From Candidatus Electrothrix sp. GW3-4 (GTDB lineage Bacteria > Desulfobacterota > Desulfobulbia > Desulfobulbales > Desulfobulbaceae), in contig NZ_CP147990.1 of assembly GCF_037902255.1 (NCBI RefSeq), positions 2,460,001 to 2,492,000 on the forward strand: 32,000 bases of DNA. Direction: 5' to 3'. The position numbers and the translations under genes were made by a program. Below the pieces are notes generated by a model that worked only from the letters and a program-made list of their open reading frames with translations, ran no database searches and had not been told where the DNA came from. Positions within the stretch are counted from its first letter, which is position 1, and every line of letters starts with the position of its first letter. This document shows, one piece after another, positions 17,532 to 24,598 of the stretch.

Positions 17532-20024
17532 TTAGGCCTTGGTCACCTTGACGGCACATTTTTTATAATCCGTTTCTTTGGAGATCGGACAGGTGGCATC
17601 CAGAGTCAGCTTATTGACCAGGCGGCCTGCATCAAACCAGGGCACAAACACCAGCCCTTCCGGCGGCTTATTCCTTCCTCTGGTCTCCAGAGGACAGGTA
17701 ATCTCACCCCGACGGGAAGCAAGCTTGACCAGCTGCCCGCGCTTGAGGCCCCGTTTTTCCGCATCCTTGGGATGCATAAAGACCTGAGCATCAGGCACAG
17801 CCCGGTACAGCTCCGGCACCCTTCTGGTCATGGAACCGGAATGCCAATGCTCCAGGACCCGACCGGTACAGAGCCAGAGATCATACTCCTTATCCGGTGA
17901 TTCCGCAGGCGGCTCATAGGGCAAGGCAAAGATCACCGCCTTACCATCGAGCTTACCGTAAAAACGAATGCCCTCACCCTTCTTCACATAGGGATCATAG
18001 CCTTCCCGGAACCGCCACAGGGTTTCTTTATTATCCACCACCGGCCAACGCAGGCCACGTGCCTTATGATACATCTCAAAGGGGGCCAGGTCATGACCAT
18101 GTCCCCGGCCAAAGCTGGCATACTCCTCAAACAGGCCCTTTTGCAGGTAGAAACCAAAATGATGAGCCTCGTCGTTATCGTGCCCCTTTTGCAGTTCGCT
18201 CAAGGGGAACTTATCCACCTGTCCATTGGTATAGAGCACCTCATACAGGGTCTTGCCCTTATAGGCTGGATTCTTGTCCAGGAGCTCCTGAGGCCAGATC
18301 TCATCGGTTGTGAAGTACTTGGAAAACTCCACCAGCTGCCAGAGATCACTCTTTGCCTCACCCGGTGCCTTGACCTGCTGGCGGAAAAACTGGGTCCGAC
18401 GTTCCGCATTGCCATAGGCCCCTTCCTTTTCTGTCCACATGGCTGTGGGCAGGATCAGATCACCAGCCATCGCCGTGACCGTGGGATAGGGATCAGAAAC
18501 CACGACAAAGTTTTTCGGATTGCGGTAGCCAGGATAGGCTTCCTCGTTGATATTGGCAGCGGCCTGCATGTTATTATTACACATGACCCAATAGGCATTG
18601 AGCTTCCCGTCCTTAAGCATCCTGTTCTGAAGCACAGCATGATAGCCAGGTTTCCCAGGAATGGTACCAGCGGGTAATTTCCAGATCTTCTCTGCTATCT
18701 CACGATGCTTGGGATTTTTCACCACCATGTCAGCAGGCAGGCGATGAGAGAAGGTACCCACCTCACGGGCCGTACCGCAGGCCGAGGGCTGGCCGGTGAG
18801 CGAAAAGGGGCCATTGCCTGGTTCGGAGATCTTGCCGGTGAGCAGATGGATATTATAGCAGAGCTGATTGGCCCAGGTGCCACGGGTATGTTGATTAAAG
18901 CCCATGGTCCAGTAGGAGACCACCTTGCGCTTGGGATCTGCATAGAGCTCAGCCAGAGCCTCTAAATCCTTTTTTGGCACCCCGGATATCTCATGGGCCT
19001 TGTCCAAGGTGTACTCGGAGACATACTTGGCATACTCCTCAAAGGTGTACTCTTTTGAGCCACCTGTATTCGCAGCATTGGCAGCCTTTTTTTCCCTAGG
19101 GTCTTCGGGACGCAGACCATAGCCGATATCGGTATTACCGATACGAAAATTGATGTGCTTGTCGACAAAATCCTTATTCACCTTGTTATTCTTAATAATA
19201 TAATTGGCAATATAATTCATGATGGCCAGATCGCTCTGGGGTTTGAACACCATAGGAATATCTGCCAGGTCAAAACAACGGTGCTCATAGGTAGAAAGCA
19301 CGGCCACCTTGACATGATTCGCTGTCAGGCGTCGATTAGTGAGCCGGGACCAAAGAATAGGGTGCATCTCCGCCATGTTGGAGCCCCAGAGGACAAAGGC
19401 ATCTGCATTCTCCAGGTCATCATAACAGCCCATAGGCTCGTCAATGCCAAAGGTACGCATAAAACCCGCAACAGCTGAGGCCATACAATGGCGGGCATTG
19501 GGATCAAGATTATTGGAGAGAAAACCTGCCTTAAAGAGCTTGGCAGCGGCATAGCCTTCCCAGACCTGCCATTGCCCGGAACCGAACATACCCACCGTGG
19601 TTGGTCCGTTCTTGTGAATCGCCTCTTTAAATTTCTCGGCCATGATCTTGAAGGCCTCCTCCCAGGAGACCGGAGTAAATTCGCCGTTTTTATCGTACTT
19701 GCCGTTTTTCTTGCGCAGCAAAGGTTTGGTGAGGCGATCCTTGCCGTACATGATCTTGGTCAGGAAATAACCCTTGATACAGTTCAACCCCTTATTCACC
19801 GGGGCATCAGGGTCGCCCTGGGTCGCCACAATCCGACCGTCCTTGGTCCCCACCAAGACACCGCAACCTGTACCGCAAAAACGACAAGGTGCCTTATCCC
19901 ATCGGATCCCCTTATCCCCCTCAGCAGCCAAGGCCTTTTGCGTGGCCGGGAGCTGCGCACCTGCAACAGCGGCAGCGGCCATTGCAGCGTTGGCCTTAAT
20001 AAAATCACGCCTGTTTAGCTTCAT
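17532..20024 (-). CDS. napA: Periplasmic nitrate reductase catalytic molybdopterin subunit
   Basis: 830-aa ORF with a Tat signal ([19 protein letters not shown]), the N-terminal 4Fe-4S motif CRFCGTGCG and the Mo-ligand context ARHCMASAV. It appears collinear with NapA throughout. Confidence 0.97.
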   Translation of the reverse strand: MKLNRRDFIKANAAMAAAAVAGAQLPATQKALAAEGDKGIRWDKAPCRFCGTGCGVLVGTKDGRIVATQGDPDAPVNKGLNCIKGYFLTKIMYGKDRLTKPLLRKKNGKYDKNGEFTPVSWEEAFKIMAEKFKEAIHKNGPTTVGMFGSGQWQVWEGYAAAKLFKAGFLSNNLDPNARHCMASAVAGFMRTFGIDEPMGCYDDLENADAFVLWGSNMAEMHPILWSRLTNRRLTANHVKVAVLSTYEHRCFDLADIPMVFKPQSDLAIMNYIANYIIKNNKVNKDFVDKHINFRIGNTDIGYGLRPEDPREKKAANAANTGGSKEYTFEEYAKYVSEYTLDKAHEISGVPKKDLEALAELYADPKRKVVSYWTMGFNQHTRGTWANQLCYNIHLLTGKISEPGNGPFSLTGQPSACGTAREVGTFSHRLPADMVVKNPKHREIAEKIWKLPAGTIPGKPGYHAVLQNRMLKDGKLNAYWVMCNNNMQAAANINEEAYPGYRNPKNFVVVSDPYPTVTAMAGDLILPTAMWTEKEGAYGNAERRTQFFRQQVKAPGEAKSDLWQLVEFSKYFTTDEIWPQELLDKNPAYKGKTLYEVLYTNGQVDKFPLSELQKGHDNDEAHHFGFYLQKGLFEEYASFGRGHGHDLAPFEMYHKARGLRWPVVDNKETLWRFREGYDPYVKKGEGIRFYGKLDGKAVIFALPYEPPAESPDKEYDLWLCTGRVLEHWHSGSMTRRVPELYRAVPDAQVFMHPKDAEKRGLKRGQLVKLASRRGEITCPLETRGRNKPPEGLVFVPWFDAGRLVNKLTLDATCPISKETDYKKCAVKVTKA

Positions 20025-20045
20025 AGACTTTCCTCCTTTCCTGGT

Positions 20046-20288
20046 TTATACGCACTCTTCATCGCAATAGTTATAGATAAGGGACGCAGCAAGAACACCC
20101 TGCGTTTTTTGCACATCCATCATCACATCGGAGGGCACATTATCCGGCGTGTCTTCCAAGGTAATAACGATAGAGCCCTCGTCGTTGTTCACAGCATGGA
20201 TCTCCACACCGGAAAACTCTGCCAGACGTTGCTGGACCGCTTCCGAAGTATCAGGGGAGACCCGGACAACAATGCCGGAAATATTCAT
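20046..20288 (-). CDS. napD: NapA maturation chaperone
   Basis: The 80-aa ORF MNISGIVVRVSPDTSEAVQQRLAEFSGVEIHAVNNDEGSIVITLE has NapD-like sequence and sits directly upstream of napA. Its start overlaps the napF stop by 4 nt. Confidence 0.8.
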   Translation of the reverse strand: MNISGIVVRVSPDTSEAVQQRLAEFSGVEIHAVNNDEGSIVITLEDTPDNVPSDVMMDVQKTQGVLAASLIYNYCDEECV

Positions 20289-20863
20289 GCGTCACCTCGT
20301 GGTAGAGATTGATTGAGAGATTGCTTGAAAGACTGATTTTCGATATATTGGAGTGAAATGGCCTGAACAGGGCAGCCTGCAACGCAGGCCCCACAGCCAT
20401 TGCATTGTTCAGGCAGGATTTGTGGAAGCAGGTCGTCCTGACCTCCTCTGGCAAAAACAATTGCCTCTTGTTCACATTGTTCCTGACAGAGCTGACAGAG
20501 GACCTTTTTCTCCAGCAGACAATCCTGCTGAACAACAACACGGAGCTGCCAGGGAGGGGTATTTGGGGAAAAGGAGAGGGCACCAATTGTACAGCTGCGG
20601 GCGCAGTCCCCGCAGAAGGTGCATGGCCCTTTGGAAAAATCCATAATCGGCAGCTTATTTTCTCCCGAAATGATCAGCTCCTCGGCACAGGAAGATACAC
20701 ATGCAGCGCAGCCAGTACACAGGGTCTGAAAGGTCTCAGGATCAGATGACCAGGGAGGAAAAACTCTGTTTTGCTGTTCTTCTGAACAGTTATCCACCCT
20801 TTCCACATCTACCTGCAGGAGGTATTCAAGACATTTATTTACAAAAAAGGAGGCCAAACTCAT
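20285..20863 (-). CDS. napF: Cytoplasmic ferredoxin-type Nap accessory protein
   Basis: 192-aa ORF with no signal peptide. Four Cys-cluster motifs (CTGCAACVSSC, CTFCGDCARSC, CQLCQEQC, CNGCGACVAGCP). It is the first gene of the operon, as in napFDAGHB(C). Confidence 0.8.
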   Translation of the reverse strand: MSLASFFVNKCLEYLLQVDVERVDNCSEEQQNRVFPPWSSDPETFQTLCTGCAACVSSCAEELIISGENKLPIMDFSKGPCTFCGDCARSCTIGALSFSPNTPPWQLRVVVQQDCLLEKKVLCQLCQEQCEQEAIVFARGGQDDLLPQILPEQCNGCGACVAGCPVQAISLQYIENQSFKQSLNQSLPRGDA

Positions 20864-21095
20864 ATCTCTACACCCAGACTACCTTACCTACCTTACACAA
20901 AAGGCGATAAAAAAGACGCCACCAGACAACGCTGTCGCGTTATCCATCCCTTGCATAATTGTAACCATTTTTACATTTACAAAACTATCAAATTAACCTA
21001 CTAATGAGAGGTTCCCTACTCTTTGCTCTTCTGCACTCTCCTGAGCTCATGAAAGCTGTATAGGTATTACCTACTGAAAACAAGACAGCCGGTCC

Positions 21096-21109
21096 TTGAT
21101 ATACATCAA
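21096..21109. promoter_or_regulatory. Perfect FNR/CRP-family consensus box TTGAT-ATAC-ATCAA
   Basis: Read directly: ccTTGATatacATCAAaa. It lies in the napF / Crp-Fnr divergent intergenic region, 14 nt upstream of the regulator ATG (21123) and 233 nt from the napF ATG. Confidence 0.65.
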
Positions 21110-21122
21110 AAAATGTTATTTT

Positions 21123-21800
21123 ATGCTTGATAGAGACGAAAAAAAAACAATTCTGGCAGGCTCCATGCTTTTTCAGAAACTTTCTGATGAGCTGATTAAC
21201 CAGCTGGTAAATCTGGCCCGGCAAAAAAACTATCAAAAAGGAGAGACCATTTTTCTGGAGGGCTGGCCGGTTGCTGGCTTTTATCTTGTCGCCCAGGGAC
21301 AGGTGAAAATTTTCAAATCTTCACCAAACGGAAAAGAACAAATATTCTATGTCCTGGGCCCTGGAGAGCCCTTTGGACTGACCCCGATTTTTCATAACAA
21401 GACATTTCCCGCCTGTGCCTCAAGCATGCTTCCATCCACCACCCTTTTCTTTCCCAGAGCGGAATTTCTCCGCATGACAAACACCCATCCGCCCTTAGCG
21501 CTGTCCATGCTGGCCGGGCTGTCGCAGCGTCTGTGTAAACTCTCCATAAAACTAGGTGACCTCGCACTCAAAGAGGTGCCACAACGTCTGGTTGCGCACC
21601 TTATCTACCTTTCCCAAAAACAGGGAAAAACCGACCGAATATGCCTTGACATGCCCAAATCACAACTCGCCTGCCTGCTAGGTACCAGCCCGGAAAATCT
21701 CTCCAGAATCTTTGCCAATATGAGCCGTACTGGCCAAATCCGGGTACACGGCAACATGATTGAGTTCCTCTGCTACCAAAAACTTCTTCAGGACAACTAA
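21123..21800 (+). CDS. Crp/Fnr-family transcriptional regulator lacking the FNR N-terminal Cys cluster
   Basis: Contains a cNMP-binding-like beta-roll (GETIFLEGWPVAGFYLVAQGQVKIF) and a C-terminal HTH with the E--SR recognition motif (SPENLSRIF). I moved the start to the ATG at 21123, because the ORF-track start at 21096 is a TTG inside the FNR box. Confidence 0.85.
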   Translation: MLDRDEKKTILAGSMLFQKLSDELINQLVNLARQKNYQKGETIFLEGWPVAGFYLVAQGQVKIFKSSPNGKEQIFYVLGPGEPFGLTPIFHNKTFPACASSMLPSTTLFFPRAEFLRMTNTHPPLALSMLAGLSQRLCKLSIKLGDLALKEVPQRLVAHLIYLSQKQGKTDRICLDMPKSQLACLLGTSPENLSRIFANMSRTGQIRVHGNMIEFLCYQKLLQDN

Positions 21801-21836
21801 AACACCTCCTTTTCCTGCCCTTGTTTTTTTCATTTT

Positions 21837-21850
21837 TTGACCTAGATCAA
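21837..21850. promoter_or_regulatory. Near-consensus FNR/CRP-family box TTGAC-CTAG-ATCAA upstream of the octaheme cytochrome gene
   Basis: Read directly: one mismatch to TTGAT-N4-ATCAA. It lies about 212 nt upstream of the ATG at 22062 and just after the regulator stop. Confidence 0.5.
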
Positions 21851-22061
21851 GGCATCCACTCATGATAACAACTAGATTACTTAAAAATCGTTTACGCTAA
21901 CAAGATCGGGAACCGGTCCGACTGTAGGCAAAACACCGATCCACTCCTGCGTACTCAAGGCTGTTAAAAAAAGACCATGCCTTTTCATAGAGATAAAGTT
22001 CGGCAAATGCGATCGGATCGAGCGATCGCCTATATTCAACTTTTTTGAACAGGAGGATATT

Positions 22062-23531
22062 ATGAGAGTGGTATTGTGGACGGCTGCCTTGGCGCTGGCA
22101 GTCGGAATACAAGGTGGGAACGTGCAGGCCGCGCAGAAAAGCGGGCTGCCCAGCCAATTGTCAGAGGAAACCAAAACATGTTTGCAATGTCATAAAGACA
22201 TTAACCGGGGCATGTATCAACAATGGGGATCCAGTAAACATTTCGGCGCCAATGTGGGCTGTTACGAATGTCATCAGGCCGACGCTGGGGACAAAGATGC
22301 TATGCAGCATAACGGCTTCACTGTTTCCATTATTGTTTCACCCAAGGATTGTGCCAAATGTCATGAAAAAGAGGTCAAGGAATTTGAGGGATCACATCAT
22401 TCCAAGGCCGGACAGATCATGGGTTCCCTGGACAACCTGCTTGCTGAGGTTGTTGAAGGCAACCGTGGCATGAAGACCGAAAGTTTCCCGGACGGAATTT
22501 CAGCGGCAGCGGTCAACGGTTGCTGGCAATGTCACGGATCCAAGGTTAAGATAATGAAGGATGGTCGGCTGGATCCGGCCACTTGGCCGAACAGCGGCAT
22601 TGGACGCATCAATCCTGACGGGAGCACAGGAAGTTGCGCAGCATGCCATCAACGCCATGATTTCTCTGCGGCCCAGGCCAGAAATCCTGAGAACTGCGGT
22701 AAATGTCATATGGGACCCGATCATCCGCAGCTTGAGGTCTATAATGAATCCAAGCACGGTATTGCTTTCCGGGCCAATAAGGACAAGATGAATCTCGATT
22801 CTCCGAAATGGATAGCCGGTGAAGATTACTCTGCTGCCCCGACCTGCGCCACCTGTCATATGTCCGCGACCAAAGATCTGGATATCACCCATAACGTCGG
22901 CCTCCGCATCAAGTGGAACAACCGACCGCCGATCTCCAAGCTGTCGCATACCACTGACAAACGCTGGAAGCTGGAATCTGCCAACTACACTGCTGATCAA
23001 CGCCGGAAAGACATGCAAAAAGTCTGTATCTCATGTCACAATAAAAACTTTACAGATAACTTCTTTGTCCAGTATGAAGCTCTGATTGACCTCTATCACG
23101 AGAAATTCGCCAAACCCGGCATGGAACTGTACAACAAAGCAACAGAACTGCTCAAGGTCCTCAAAGGTAAAGAGTATGCCAAGTTTGCTCAGCTCATTGA
23201 TTACACTTGGTTTGAGATCTGGCATCATGAAGGTCGTCGCGCACGTCACGGTGCGGCCATGATGGCACCGGACTACACCCATTGGCACGGCACCTATGAA
23301 GTTGCCAAGCACTGGTACGGCAAGTACATCCCGGAACTCGAAGAACTCATTGAAACGGCCAAGCACAGCGGCAATAAAGAAGCTGAGAAATTGGGTGGTG
23401 AGCTTGCAACGATGCTCGAAGATGTGAAGAAGAACGAGAACCATAAATGGTCCATCGGGCAGGAAAACGAAGCTGACAAGAAATTACGGCTTGAGCGTAA
23501 GAAAGAATACGACGCTGGCTACGCCAACTAA
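22062..23531 (+). CDS. Hydroxylamine-oxidoreductase-family octaheme cytochrome c (epsilon-Hao-like; probable periplasmic nitrite reductase)
   Basis: 489-aa ORF with signal peptide MRVVLWTAALALAVGIQGGNVQA. Eight CxxCH motifs (CLQCH, CYECH, CAKCH, CWQCH, CAACH, CGKCH, CATCH, CISCH). HAO-family signatures CHMGPDHPQLEVYNESKHG and WHHEGRRARHGAAMMAPDY. Strong SD (AGGAGG). Confidence 0.85.
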   Translation: MRVVLWTAALALAVGIQGGNVQAAQKSGLPSQLSEETKTCLQCHKDINRGMYQQWGSSKHFGANVGCYECHQADAGDKDAMQHNGFTVSIIVSPKDCAKCHEKEVKEFEGSHHSKAGQIMGSLDNLLAEVVEGNRGMKTESFPDGISAAAVNGCWQCHGSKVKIMKDGRLDPATWPNSGIGRINPDGSTGSCAACHQRHDFSAAQARNPENCGKCHMGPDHPQLEVYNESKHGIAFRANKDKMNLDSPKWIAGEDYSAAPTCATCHMSATKDLDITHNVGLRIKWNNRPPISKLSHTTDKRWKLESANYTADQRRKDMQKVCISCHNKNFTDNFFVQYEALIDLYHEKFAKPGMELYNKATELLKVLKGKEYAKFAQLIDYTWFEIWHHEGRRARHGAAMMAPDYTHWHGTYEVAKHWYGKYIPELEELIETAKHSGNKEAEKLGGELATMLEDVKKNENHKWSIGQENEADKKLRLERKKEYDAGYAN

Positions 23532-23590
23532 GCACAGGAGAGTATGTAGCAAAACAGTAAACCAATAAACCGGACGATTGATTATCCGCA

Positions 23591-23625
23591 AGGCCGCCCA
23601 GAGCACTCTGGGCGGCCTCTTTTTG
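23591..23625 (+). terminator. Rho-independent terminator of the octaheme cytochrome gene
   Basis: AGGCCGCCCAGAG / CTCTGGGCGGCCT inverted repeat followed by CTTTTT. Confidence 0.75.
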
Positions 23626-23640
23626 GGAAGCTGCTTCTCA

Positions 23641-23779
23641 TCCCCACATATGTGGGGCGTAGTTTCGCACCAGGGCAAGCACGGTCCTGCCGTCTCACTG
23701 ATCACAGTTCATGGGATCCCAGTCTCTCGTTGAGCATCACCCCTTATACTCAGGCTTCTTGACCGCCATCCTAACGCTC
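23641..23779 (-). pseudogene. Decayed internal fragment of a RhuM/Fic(Doc)-family gene, paralogous to the intact gene at 27493-28494
   Basis: Nucleotide similarity seen directly: 23656-23700 (ggcgtagtttcgcaccagggcaagcacggtcctgccgtc-tcactga) against 27994-28040 (ggcatagtttcgcaccaaagaaaggatggtcctgccgtcatcactga). The minus-strand translation with stops and one frameshift reads ER*DGGQEA*V*GVMLNERLGSHEL / DGRTVLALVRNYAPHMWG. It aligns to QRLVEKGGAEVRQVLDLLSETLENHALVSDDGRTILSLVRNYARTWQLLW, roughly residues 125-172 of the intact protein. Confidence 0.6.
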
Positions 23780-23800
23780 GAAATACCTGAGCCCATTTTT

Positions 23801-24406
23801 TTATACATCCTCTGTCCTCAGCCCCCGGACATAATTGCGCACCAAGGATTCGGCCAGCACCTCTGCGGATTCCGCATGGATAATATCCAGCTTACCGCTC
23901 ACCGCAAGGGCGCATATCCCATGCAGTCCCGCCCAAAGCACTCGCGCTGCCCGCTCTGCCCTTTCAGTGTCATCCTCCACTAAGGGGACAACCATTCGAG
24001 CGACCAACAAAAAGAGCTCATCAATCTGTTGCTGATGCCACTCCGGCAGGGTGTTCCCCGGTGCCAATTTATGCTCCAGCACCAACGACCACAGATTATA
24101 GTTTTCCCGACAGAAGACGACATAGGACTGGCCCAGTCGTATGAGGCCGGTGACCGCATCATCATCCTGCCTGGTGTCCGCCAGGAGCCGGGATTTTAAT
24201 TCACTCAGGGTCACACCATTCACCCTCAGGATAATTTCATCAAGACTGCTGAAGACGTTATATATTGTACCAACGGCACAGCCAATCTTCTGGGCGATTT
24301 TTCTGACCGTTAAAGAGGATGAACCATGCTCTCTCACTGTTGCAGTCGCAACTTCAATGACAGTGACCCGCAATTGTCGGTATGCCACTTTTTGTCCACG
24401 TCCCAT
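23801..24406 (-). CDS. TetR/AcrR-family transcriptional regulator
   Basis: 201-aa ORF with the N-terminal HTH LTVRKIAQKIGCAVGTIYNVFSSLDEII. It is divergent from the VIT-vWA gene. Confidence 0.9.
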   Translation of the reverse strand: MGRGQKVAYRQLRVTVIEVATATVREHGSSSLTVRKIAQKIGCAVGTIYNVFSSLDEIILRVNGVTLSELKSRLLADTRQDDDAVTGLIRLGQSYVVFCRENYNLWSLVLEHKLAPGNTLPEWHQQQIDELFLLVARMVVPLVEDDTERAERAARVLWAGLHGICALAVSGKLDIIHAESAEVLAESLVRNYVRGLRTEDV

Positions 24407-24490
24407 ACGTACTCCTTCCTCGTTTTTTCAGTTGCTGCCTGAGATACTTTCTATCGTACAACAAAAAAAAAGGGAGGGAAAGTTTCTCCT

Positions 24491-24569
24491 TGAACACTGT
24501 TCATAAAAACTGTACGGTATTAACATGAACAGTGTTCATATATTTTTCATTCGACGTGAACATGGTTCA
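24491..24569. promoter_or_regulatory. Three copies of a 13-bp palindrome TGAACA-N-TGTTCA (candidate TetR operators)
   Basis: Read directly: TGAACACTGTTCA (24491-24503), TGAACAGTGTTCA (24526-24538) and TGAACATGGTTCA (24557-24569, one mismatch). All lie in the 192-bp TetR / VIT-vWA divergent spacer, and the last ends 29 nt before the ATG at 24599. Confidence 0.7.
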
Positions 24570-24598
24570 TAAAAACAACCATAACCTGGAGTGAAATC

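Noticed and set aside
17532-20024. Possible selenocysteine recoding in the molybdoenzyme
   Set aside because: The ORF is uninterrupted and the Mo-ligand position is a Cys (RHCMASA), as in NapA. There is no in-frame TGA.
21096-21122. ORF-track start (TTG at 21096) for the Crp/Fnr regulator
   Set aside because: It would place the perfect FNR box inside the coding sequence. The ATG at 21123 gives a typical family N-terminus (…ILAGSMLFQKLSDE).
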